A DNA stretch of 64,000 nt, taken from Yuukianura sp. NJ FZ-2021. Taxonomy: Eukaryota. The translations under genes and the position numbers were made by a program. The stretch spans positions 4,340,001-4,404,000 of the forward strand of contig CM102290.1 in the NCBI GenBank assembly GCA_046563655.1, read 5' to 3'. This document shows positions 52,064-64,000 of this stretch, piece by piece. The notes under the pieces were generated by a model. The model ran no database searches. It saw only the letters and a list, made by a program, of their open reading frames with translations, and had not been told where the DNA came from. Position 1 is the stretch's first letter. The number at the start of each line of letters is the position of its first letter.

Positions 52064-55000
52064 TTACAAGTCACCAATCCCACCGTCAGGCACTCCCTGC
52101 TTCACTTTCTCTAGTACACGGTTTACAAATTCTGTTGTATGGCCACCGATTCGATGTCCTGACAGAAAAATGACAGGATTAGTTACATTATACTTTGAAC
52201 TTCTAAAAAATCAAACACACTAATCACTCATCGTACTTGTGCCAGCCTTGGCTATACGCTCAATTTTAGACACGAGCGGCTCTGCAGCGAGATCTGATGA
52301 AGACGGCCCATCCATTTTGACAAATACTGCTTGTCGTGCTTGGTCGATGGATGACATCAGCCGTTCTATAAAAAAGAAAGTATAGTAATTTCAGTTTTCT
52401 GGACTTGGACACTCAGTTTGCAACGTCGTGCTCGATAAATTGTGACCACAAGGCACGTGTAGTACATATTTTGCTTGCATGATGCACGGCCACAACACAA
52501 CAAGTTCCAATCTCACAGTAAAAATATTGTAACCATCAACACAGAGAGCATCGCCCTCGACCTCGAAGAGGCATAAGGACAACAACCCTCATATTCCAAA
52601 TGCATTCTCACTCACACTTAAACCTAAAAACTAAACAACTTATTAACGTGGAAAACATGCATCATATAAAAACATTGCAATTTCTTTGAAACAAAGTAAA
52701 CATCAACATCAACAGCATTTCGCAGTCAACCATTAACCAAGTGTCAGTTGGGCGTTGGGAACTTGAGTGCATAATTCTTATAGCATGTGGCAACTTATTC
52801 CAACCATATTATTATCAACTTACTGTGTTCTTGCTCTAAACCGTACAGTTTCAGCTTATTAGCTTCGTGTTGCGCCTTTTTCTTGAGTCGACACGCTCTA
52901 AGTAAACAAAAACAAAAATACAAACGTCAGTAAGATATTGCCTGAAGACTAAAAACATACTAAAACAAATCCTCGTTTGAAAAGAATTGCAAAGGTAAAT
53001 CAAATCACCTCTGCATGATAAATAAACACGGTACGGTTTTTTTAATTTCCTAAATTAAAAATCTTACCCGCCGGGGTTTGGGTAACAAAACTAAAATGCT
53101 AGGAAATGAATTTTCACCAAAACTGAAATTACATGTCAAGTGTATGAATTTACCTGGAAGCCAGCTTATTCTTTTCTTTCCTTGAGCGTGACTTGACTGC
53201 ACTAGGGACATCAGCCACCGGAGTCATTTCCGCTATTACTTTGTTCAGTCGATCAAGCTCTTTTCCAATTGACCATAGTTTCCTTGGATTTGGCGTTAAA
53301 TCATTTCCATCCCCCTTTCGTGCCTTCCCACTGAAACAGAAATTAACAAATACACATGTAAGTACTTCTTTTAAATGTCAATAACTTTTGGTCAAAAATA
53401 AGTACCTGTGCTTAATGCCTTGGATGTGACATAGAGGACTAAATACAGGATCAGTTGGTCGTTGTAGTACATGGGGATCCTCTTGAGTTGGAGCCAAGAC
53501 GAGTCGTTGACCTTTGGGGCCTTTGGCCTGAACATTGTATTGCCAGAAAAACCGCTCACGCCTATTTCCACTGGCACTTCCAGCATTGCTCTCTGTGTCA
53601 CTTCCGCCAGAATCTACACAAATCACAACCTCTGCAATGGTTGGTAGAGAACGTATACAAATGAATTCTGTTTCTGTTAACTACTCTCCACATAAACTAT
53701 TTTTTCAGTTTCTGTTTCAAATGATTACTGTGTCCAATGTAGAAAAAGAGAAAACAACACTGAACAGAACAATAAACAGAACCCCGGTTCAAAAATATTT
53801 TTTAAAAGAAAAAGTCAAGCAAAGCACCTTCTGCTTGAGAGAATACTTTGGTAGGCGTACATATCTTAAAAAGCATGAAAATATAAAAATAGAAAGATGC
53901 AAACCTTCGTCGCTGGAATCCCGATCACTCACTTCATCAGAATCAAAGCCCTCATCCATGGATAGCGAAAATTCTCTCCCAGGACTTAGCAAATCTGTGA
54001 AAGTAGGTCTTTGATGATTCCATTGTTGGTATAGATATTGACTAATCGCTGAACTCATTTCTAATTGTTAACTAAACCACCACCTCCTTGTCTATTAATT
54101 ACTAAATCTGAGAGCTACAGTTGATTGTTGAAGGAACTAAAGAGTTTAAGACTGGGCAAATCACTACCTAAACATTCACTGAGTCAACTGTTGTAGGGAT
54201 GAAAATTTACTGCGTCTTTACATTTTAATTGGTAAGAAGCCTCTCATACCAGTTTCCAAAAAAAATACGCATTGGGCTGGAAAGAAGTTACGTAAATCAA
54301 AAGCTCTTAGTTGGGACTTCATTAAAAATATGAACAAATATTATATATATATGTACAAGGAAAACTGAAATTAGTCATCAAATCTTTAAAGTAAACAAGC
54401 TGCGGTGTAAACCTTTGCACTTTGCTGATTTTAGGTATTCAACTGCTGAGCATTTCAATTCTGCTGTAAACGTATAAACTTCTCAACCTCATTCCCTGGA
54501 ACCAATCAAATTAAATGGGATGGGCGGGCTAAGAGGATTAGATGAGCACTTGTTTGTTAGAGAAGAGAGATAGGAAAGATAGAGCCTTAACTGGAAAATT
54601 GTTAGCCCAAAATCCTATACTACTGTACTAGACAACCCGACTCGAGTTAAACGTTGTGAAAATTCGATTTTCTAGGTCAAGCTCGTAACGGATTATTAAA
54701 AGCATAACTGATCATTACGTAAAAATGTTTTGGTTAGTAAAGGTAAAGATGCAGAAGATGAGTTTTAAAAATTGTTCATCTAGAAACCAAGTAACATACC
54801 TGCCGACATCAAGCTCGACGTAGAGCCAGCTTCTGCAAGTGACCCAGTTGAAATCAGATGTGGTCGAGATTCACGGCGTGCCCAAACCGCTTCCCTTCTT
54901 TGCTGCCATGCTTCCCATGCGCTGTTGGCCTGTCCAGAAGGAGCTGACGAAGATAGGCGCGGTGCTGGAGAACTAGCTGGAGAGTTGAGCACTGAGGAAC

Positions 55001-55960
55001 GAGGAAGTGATTGACCCAATGGTACTGGATCCGGGGATGTGGCATCCATGGAATTCTGCAGCTCTCGTCTTAGTAGTAGTTCTCGCAAGCCTCCTGCGGA
55101 GGTACTGTTTTGGTAAAATTCAAAAAAAAAGTGTTATGAATCTATGAATGCCTCAAGAAGAGTGCTGTGTTCATTATTATATCGTTCACTCACCTTGCTG
55201 TTTGTGGAGCGGATGATGACATTGATATTAATGTGGCTTGAGGATTTGGTATAAAATTGAGGTCAGCAGAAACAGCAACGGGTTGAACGAGGCTGTTTTC
55301 CAGCATATTGGCTGTGACGGGTACACTCGTCCCGGGTAAAAAGTGAAATTTGTGAACAAGTCCTACTTGTGGAAACGAAGATGAGGGATGAACTTGGAAT
55401 GTGACCAAGTCATCGTTGTCCAAAGTATTGCCGCCTGCTGGAGTTTGTGGTGATGGAGTTGCCTCAACTGGAGGTAAATTTTCTGCTGGCCAGTATAGGT
55501 CATCGAACGTTAAACCGTCAAGAAGTGTATCCGCATCAGGAGCATTCAGTTCTGCCAGGGTTGGGCCCAAGAGATCGCTTCTCTCCACTTTGAAAATGTC
55601 GTCTTCATCCACTGCCATTGACAACTTGGACAGTTCACCTTCCATTCCGATTTGGTCAAACTCTGATCCAGGGATATTCATATCCATGGCCTCAATTCCA
55701 GTGTCCATGAGTGACATCCCATGCCAAGTTCCAGGAATATAGGATGTATTGCTTATGAGTCCAGAGGGATTGATTATCCAGTGTTGACTTTCATTGACAA
55801 TTCGACGGGGAATTGGCATCCCTTGAGGACTTGAAGGCCCCATGGACAGGGGGCTAAGTGCACCAGGACTCCCGATCATGCCGGGACTTAGGGGACTACT
55901 ATCAACCGACTGAGACTTCATTAGACGCTGATTGATATGTACTTGGAGCAACTGGGACAT
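52064..55960 (-). CDS. REPTOR: REPTOR / CREBRF bZIP transcription factor
   Basis: Approximate exons 55194-55960, 54799-55104, 53904-53994, 53406-53630, 53154-53330, 52824-52897, 52237-52365, 52064-52159. Motifs [49 protein letters not shown], bZIP basic region [39 protein letters not shown]. Confidence 0.93.
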
Positions 55961-56108
55961 TGTACGAAATATTCCCACTTTCACGGGGAAGTAGTAAGAG
56001 TCTACTACTGCCAAAGTCTTTTCACTGCCACTACCAGTCCTAGGTCGTATTTCAGTGTTTCTTCTTTTTAGTCGTCACTTTTTAGTAAACTTTGCGTAAA
56101 ATTCCCAC

Positions 56109-59100
56109 CTGAAACAAAACAATTTTTTAATACAAAAGCATTTATTTGAAAATTATTCAACAGCTCAAAATATTATGACGCGTGAATCACGCGGCGTGAT
56201 ACGTATGATTCCCACACTATCTCTGTTCTCAACCTACACCACTTCCAACTTAGATTGCAGAAAGTACTGTTTTAAAAAAGAACTTCACTTTGATGCTTTG
56301 TTACCTTGAAAAGATCTCCAGTCATGACCGACTTTTTCCAATTTGCAAAATGTGATTGTGAATGTAGGGGGATTTAAATAAAAATCTTGACAATCTTTCC
56401 AAGGTGAACACACAGACAGACACTCACAATCACATGCAACTACAACATTACAAAAGATAGAAGCACATGTGGTGAGCCAGACAAGTTTTCACGTATTATG
56501 TAAAATGTTCAAGTTCAAGAACTATTCAAAATATAGATCCAAGATCCACACACACAAGAAATAGTCCATAAGTGTAATTATACGAGTTGGAATGAAACTG
56601 GAAGTCAATAGAATAGAGCACGAACTATTTCAGTACTTCACAAATAACAAAATTATTTTGAAAATTCAGTGCTCCATAGATTACGTGCTGATTAAGTACA
56701 GTTTCGAAGTTTGAATTATTATTATTCAAAAACAACAAAGCTACATTACTTACGAAAACAATTCACCGAGCATCAACTTTCCGATGACAGTCTTACAGAA
56801 TCCGATAACTGCTATTTGCCCTACTAATTTGTACTTGACCTTCAAAAACCATAACTTATCAATTCGTAAATACACTTTCGTTCTACCACTAGAGCGCCTT
56901 TGCAGAACTAAATTGGTTCAACTAATCACTCCTAAGTTAACGTCAAGTTTAAAAACAGCTTACTCACTTCCAACAACAACTTGAGTCTCCAACAACAAGA
57001 ATGTTCAAATTGATTCTATTTTGAAGTACGAGGCCTCTTCAATACAGTATCAGTGCCAAGGTTTTCCAAACTATCGACAAATGACTCCCATATCTTATCG
57101 ATTACGACTAGTGATGGAAACATGTCCAAGTTGACGTTTATGAAATGTTTTTAAAAATGAAAAACTCACGAGGAGGGAAATTTCGGACACAATTCAAGGA
57201 CAAAGTTTGAAGTGGACGGGCAGTGTGCACTTCCCATCAAATATTGCAACACTTTCCTATTCTAGTAAACTTGAAAAGGCTCCAGTTGTTTAACCTTCAA
57301 CAAATAAATTAAAACTAAACTAAATTCCGCGGGAGCTTCAGTGTCTTTCCGTAGTTCCATTTTCACCCACACGGATGACTCAGAAATCATTACAAAAAAC
57401 GAAGGACTTTAGCTTAAGCTGTGGCTCTTAGCGTCCGTCCGCAATGTTGCAATTTGGGAGGGAAGAAGTGGAGAATTACTTGGAATTTGGCTACTTAAGT
57501 CAAGTAAGTGGTGTATCACCATCACTATCGTGTTTATGTAGAGTAAAAAAAACGCTCCACGTGCCAATCCTTTGCTGAATACATGTAAACAACAACGTAT
57601 GATTACAATATTTCCAAAACTCTAAAAAACACACCCCCCAGAATAAGCCAATCCCGTTGAACAAAGTAGTGGCGAAATAGGATCATTGTCGTCATCTCAT
57701 TTTCCCATTCTACAATTTTTGACTTCTTTCAGAAATCATAAGAATCAAGTTAAAAGATCAGTGACGCCAGTTGAACCTCAGTCAACTCTCAGTAATAACA
57801 GGTTTTTGTATACAATCTGCCAAAACCACGTAAGAATAAGAAACTTTTCAGAAACTCAAATATTTTTTTGTTTATAAATAACACTAGGTATTACAAGATT
57901 TGGCAACTTAAACTGTTGCTTGTATACAAGTTTTGGAACTAAGGCAAAAAATATTTGTTTGAAGTTTGAGTGTAACATCATTGAATCCAGCAGAACTAAG
58001 ATTCGATTCACTTGACCTTCAGCAATTCACTCACAAATATTTTCATTGGTTCAAACTCCAAAATTAAATAACAACGCTAAAAAACATTCCTGTTGTTTTG
58101 TTTTTGATTCAAGGGAAAATCACCCGTTGTAACACGGGTATATCAAAGTAGCGAAAACGACTATGGGATTTTGAAATACCTTTTAAACATTGGTAGATTA
58201 ATACCGGGCATTATAAACAGCAACGTATTTCAAAATAGAAACACCAGCACACCAACCCCCTTTGCCTCACTGCGTCAACTTTTTTAATTTTCCATACTAC
58301 ACATACACTAAACGGGTTGACCTTGACCTTATTCCATGTACCCCCACTCCAGGTTCTGATTTTCATTTTGTTTAGATTAGTTGGACATAACTACCATAAC
58401 CAAGATCCACGTAAACACCAAAAGTTGAATAATTTTCACAAAGAAACATTACACACAGGAAGACAGACAGACAGTACGAAACCAATAAGTAACTTTTGTT
58501 ACCTAACCGAACCTACCATGTTAAATTTCCTTTTGAAAACAACAAAAGCCTCGATAACCAGTTACAATTACAAAATTTAACCCCCCTAAATTAGCTGCTA
58601 AGTTATAATTTGTGCTTAATTATTAACATCTCACAATTCCAAATCGAAGTCCAACAAGAATTCATTTGTTGAGTAACTAAGAAACAGCAGCAACAGCACA
58701 AAAGACTCTTGTGTAATTATCACCTGAGGTGAAAACGTAGTTAATTGGTGGCGTAACATATTGCCTCGTGAGCTCCATAATCCAACTTTCCTTAGATTCT
58801 CTTTGGAAATCAATTTTGTAATGGCAGTAGAGGTCAAGGTCACAGGAATTGTGCTTGGTGCGGCGTCTAAAAATACAGAGTGGAAAGGTTCACTTTCCCT
58901 TTGAAAATGGAAAGTTTTAGAAAACAAAGGGGGAAAGGCATGAAAATGAAGCCAAAAGAAGACGAAGAGTAGGATGAAGGAAGAATACTATAGTAGGAGT
59001 GACCTTGAGAACTGAAGTGTTGGGGCTTCCAAGTACATCCAACCTGAAAAAGCCCGAGTAGAAAGAGAAAAAAGCTCCACGTGCCTTGGACAAAAAGAAT

Positions 59101-62100
59101 CAACAACGTTACGTCACCCACTCCCATTCCATATGGCAAAACAAAGCTGGCAAAGTTAGGGGAGGATAAACTGAATGTAGTACAGCATACTAGACTAGGT
59201 AGAATCATTCTAGCATACTGGAATGTGTAAGACCAAGACCAAGTTTTAGCACTCTTTCTCCCAACATCTGTAACAACAACCATATGAAAAACAATTTTCA
59301 TTACGATGCTGGAACTGGAGCATCTTAATTGTAAAACTACAGGAAATTCGTATTTTGAAACCAATCCCTCCGATTTAGCAAACTTAAATCCTTACGATAC
59401 ACAGTTTTAGTAAAAAATATTTTTATGAATAATACTACTAACTGTACAACGTCAATTTCTATTTGAATCAAGGGAATAACATCCGTATCCTGTAAATACA
59501 ACAAATGCTCTAACTTAAACTATCTTTTTCATACATTAACATTAGGTATTAATTAACTCTTGATTACTACTCAATCACATATCAACAAAATATAGCAAAC
59601 GAAAAACCCCAACTTACGATTACGCATAACCGCCAACTTTCTTCAACGCTTGTTTCAACAATGGCAATTTTATTCCACAAAAATCCAAATTCGACAGCAC
59701 TATTTAACTTCACTCAATTTGTAATTTCGTTCGCTTATTGCAACGTTTGGTAAACTAATCTCTTGCTCCGACACGAACAACTACCAAACTGACGCAATGA
59801 ATGAATCTTATGGATTGCTACACGAGAGGACTAAACTCTTCCTGATGGGCAGAAAATGACGGTCAAAGGTCACAAGATTCAGATTAGCCGACCACATATT
59901 GCAAAGAGAGAGAATATGGGATCTAACATTCAGCACCATCAGACATACTTTACGGGGTATGCGAATGTTACTACTACACGAAGTACACTGAATGAACTGC
60001 ACTGCAGCTAATAAGTTAATACTGCTTTATAGTAAATTCATTCACCTTTGACCTTTACTTCATGTCCAGCTAACAGCAGTTTTTAAAAGAAGTGCCAAAC
60101 CAGCTCGTGATGTTCAATCCTTTACGTTGTGCATCTACCAAAGAAAAAACTCCTGTTCAGAATCAGATGCTAATTTTCTGGCAGGTTTCCCAATTATAAA
60201 AATAAAAAAGTTTTCGTTCTGCTAAATTTTTCAAAGGAAACAGAAACTTAGCAAGAAATTCCGCTTTCTCGGGAACTCCAACCTATCAAAAACTTTCTCC
60301 TTGAGGAAAAGGTCATGCCTAAGGTGAGTTCAAGAATCCTCCAACTTGGTATTAGTTAAATCCTTTCCAATTGTGCTGGTAGTAGTACTGAGGAAGGTGG
60401 GGGCATTAAACGTTACTGGTTCATGGAATTGTATATGTATACTGGAGATTGTGTCCATGCCAAAACCCAGCTAGTGGACGTCAGAACCAGCTCCAGGGTT
60501 GTAAAAGTTTGAGGAGTGAGTAACCTTGAAACCCTGTATATAGCAAAAACATTTTGGCAGAATAACCTTGAACAAAGAGTTCGGCATAGTACGGAAATTA
60601 ACTCAACAACAAAAAGCAGCTTGAGCCTCACAGGCCCTGGTCCATCCTTCCAACTAGTATTAGTATCTAGCATGAGAACCGATAAAATGAACTAAATTAC
60701 ACTGGAATTGAACCATTTATAATCCCGATCTCCACACAATTTGCCAACTCAAAGGTCATCTCTTCGTACTATTTTTATAAACTCAAAATTTACAAAAACA
60801 GTTCACTTCATCCGGTGTAAACAAAATTCCTGTTCAAAGTATACGCTGTTATCCTATGCTGCTGTTAGGTAACCATCACACGTACATCGTACACCACGTT
60901 AAACATATAAAAGTTTTCTGACTCATGGACGGAAAGGAAAAGCGGATGAACGAACAGACGTTAATGATTTCGGAAGTTTACCAAAAAAAAAAAAAAAACG
61001 CCACTTTTGGCGAATATACATAATGTTAATATTATAGCATATAATTTCTTGCCTGACTAATTTACCTTTGCGTTCAAGAGTCCACTCAAACAGAAATGCG
61101 TTTAGGTGTCGTATAATATTACTGAACGCGAAATTTTCGTCAGTGATGAAACCTTGTTTACATTGCATCAGGAAGACTTCAGACTAAGCATTAAATTTCA
61201 CCCTCAACTGAAATGTCAAAGCGGGGCCTGAATTGACAGAGGTGTTTCAAATGTCAATTCTTTGTAAAGCCCAGCAAAGTCAAATTCTGCAATCGCAGCA
61301 TTACCAGGAACCACCATAATAAAAACGTTCACGCTCTTCGTTCATTCTGTAGATGGCGTGATCTTGGTTTGGGAATATGATGTAATCGGGAATTCAGTGA
61401 AACTAAACAAAAGAACCTGAGAATCCCAACAATGCACTATTTCATGCCCTGTGTTTACTTTCCAGGAAAAATCATTTTTACCAAGCACTAACCAATTCTG
61501 CTAGTCCTGACTATGCCACCTTAATACATTTCTTTTCAAAGTAGTAAAAATCAGAGCAATTATTCCAATCAAATAGACAGACTATAACATGATTGCTAAA
61601 AATGGAACTAAAATGTGATGAAAACAGCATCAATGTAAAAACCTACAGTGTCAACAGGGGGATGGAATACATTAACGGATCGGAGGGAGCATCACACCAT
61701 TAAGTTTCTGGTAAACTAAATTTTGGCACAAACAGACGTTTGAACAGTTCTAGAGTAAATACTGCCAAAATGTAGAGTCATGGGATCACTTATCATATGT
61801 GCAAATGCAGTAAAGCACCGCCATGGAAGTAAATCATAAGACAAAAACAGTTCGTTCGGAAAATCCAAGAGATAGACCTAGCAGATAGGGTGAAACGAAA
61901 GGAAAAGTATGGAGTATTTTTGCAAAGTAACTGAATTCACATCCCCGCAAAGCATAACCAAGATCAAGGTCACCGAAATTTTCCATCTCATCTCCGGCAA
62001 CAAAATCAACTGGCAAGTTGATTAGTGGAATATTTATACCCCTTAACAGTAGTAGTACATACCTAGAACACGATTCTTCCATTCTCACTTGTTTATAAGC

Positions 62101-64000
62101 TTCTAATATTCATGATTAGATTTTAGTTGGAGATTAACCTAAACTCAATTGTTTATGACCAACTACTGTGGTCAACCGCCAGATTTGGAACTCTGCGAAG
62201 GTTTACTCCTATTCAACATTATTATAAGCATCAACTGGGTCAAACTTGATTTCATTACTACTGGAACTTAACCTCAAACTAATCAATTCCACGAAAATAA
62301 TAGTAAACAGCATAGAGGGAGGGAGTAGGAGTAAAAAAAACCGCAAGATAAACGGAGAGGAAACGCTGGAATAACTTGGGAGTAGAAAGTAGAAGAAAAC
62401 AATAAACATGTTATACGTTAGGAGTACGTAGGATGCCGTTTTCAACGAATTATCCAGTGTTTGATTTGATATCGTATTTAAACCAACTACCCCTAAGAAT
62501 TTGCCGTATACGAACTACGAACAACAGCCTTTGACTTGGCGGGTTGGTTAGAAGGTCAGGGAACTTTCCCGGGTTTCCCGAACAGCGAATTCTAATTTCT
62601 TAATTTGAAAGCATCCCTATACATCTTTGAACCTTGCATACAAACAATGAAATTCTATTCCGAAACTAAAGATTGGTAAACCCATAAACCAGTTGTACTT
62701 GATTGGCTTCAGGAATTCTTATAGCCTTTCCTTAGTACGTCAGTCGAAGATTAGTAATTTAGTATATATATACTGTCGTTACATCTCAGAGTTAACACAA
62801 TACTGGATGACGGACAGTAGTTACCTGAACGACTGACATGTCACTTAAAGCAATTTAAAATTCGTGAATGCGTTTGCAACATGAAAACTATTGATCGAAC
62901 CGTTGTTGGTTGCTCTGCTTGCTACGCGTGAGGCACTGGGCAATTGCTTCTCAAATATTCCGTTTTTATGTCAATGGCACTGAATCCTTCCCACTGTTTC
63001 GTTACCAATCTCCGAAAACGGGAACGTAGTTGTTCCAGTAGGATCGAACGTTGTTCTTACGGGGAATTTCGTATGAAGCAACTGCGGATGCGGATCTACT
63101 CCTAACACAGCCCTATACTCAATTTAACTCATACGCCATGTCGGCCATGACTCGAAAACGAAAAACCATTTGAAAATACTTGTTTTGAAACTATACTGGA
63201 ACTTATCAAATGAAATCCACAGAACCTTAAACTTCCACTAGTTAGTGAGAGCAATTACTGATTGATGATTGATGGAGGGTAAGCGAGACTTACCTCGGGT
63301 ATTTCCACCAAGGTGACCTTGTGTGAAGATGTATCGACTTGACCTGAGGTCCTTATGCTCCAGGTAACGTACGTGTAACACTATCCGTATCCGTGATGAA
63401 AACGATTGACGAATCAACACTCACTGCTTCTGAACTGAGAATGAAGTATCGTTTTTAAATACAAACGAGTGAATAAGTGTGAAAACAAAAGCACAACAAA
63501 CACAAAGCATGCATTACTCCATCCCTCCCAAACTTTCCAGAAGGAGGAATTTGACGCACGCGCCATCACCCGCTCTCCCCCATTCAGTCGTAGGGTGCCT
63601 ATAAATTAAAACAAAACACAAATTCCATACCCAAAAAATGTGACTTTTTAACACATCACATTAACTTCACACTTATGTTCATAGTCAAAGTCATTTACTA
63701 AACGTTAAAATAATGATAACCAGTAATTGGTAGCGTTAATTTAAACTTGTAGTTAATTTAATTTAGCCAATAGTTGAATAACATTGGGCCTGGGCTATGA
63801 AACACGTGATGTGATACGAAAAAATAATGATTAAATATTATTAATGACTCTTAGGATTAGTGTCGTAAGTTTGAAGTTTTGTCATAAAAAAAATGTTTGT
63901 TTTTTGTTATCACGGTGTGCTGAATAAACACTCACACTTGAAGGAAATTTTTTAAATTCTTTTTTTTTTACTTTGAATTAGGTTATAATAGTAGTTCACA
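56109..64000 (-). other. probable large 5' intron / regulatory region of REPTOR
   Basis: Acceptor (minus-strand tttcag|) at ~56108 upstream of the ATG exon. A/C-rich on + (G/T-rich on the sense strand). No convincing coding exons seen. Confidence 0.6.

Noticed and set aside
58631..59364. 165-aa and 98-aa minus-strand ORFs in the REPTOR intron
   Set aside because: F/L/S/V-rich translations expected from T-rich intron sense strand; no ATG start or motif.

Overview
Gene-dense eukaryotic genomic DNA with short GT-AG introns, most likely from a non-dipteran arthropod (inferred from the trp, tay and REPTOR orthologues plus UVSSA). Eight multi-exon protein genes can be reconstructed by hand. On +: the 3' part of tay/AUTS2-like (positions 1-13.9 kb look like one very large intron), an uncharacterised PH-PDZ scaffold, a TRP (TRPC-family) channel and aspartylglucosaminidase. 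On -: phosphoglycerate mutase, UVSSA, alpha-catenin and REPTOR/CREBRF (its large 5' intron appears to fill about 56.1-64 kb). Two oppositely oriented arrays of a ~318-bp internally palindromic repeat (28.4-29.0 kb and 41.6-43.4 kb) bracket the trp-UVSSA-AGA block. The strongest unexplained signals are: (1) a ~200-nt hairpin downstream of AGA whose G:U pairs favour a + strand RNA; (2) a TRP channel with a TRP-type INAD-binding tail but a TRPL-type Gly at the Ca2+-selectivity site; (3) a candidate 85-aa antisense gene nested in the tay intron; (4) a UVSSA lacking the K414-equivalent ubiquitination lysine; (5) a possible GUG-initiated targeting extension on PGAM; (6) a perfect 40-bp palindrome upstream of trp. 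No tRNA, rRNA or CRISPR array was recognised. All homology calls come from remembered motifs, not database searches.
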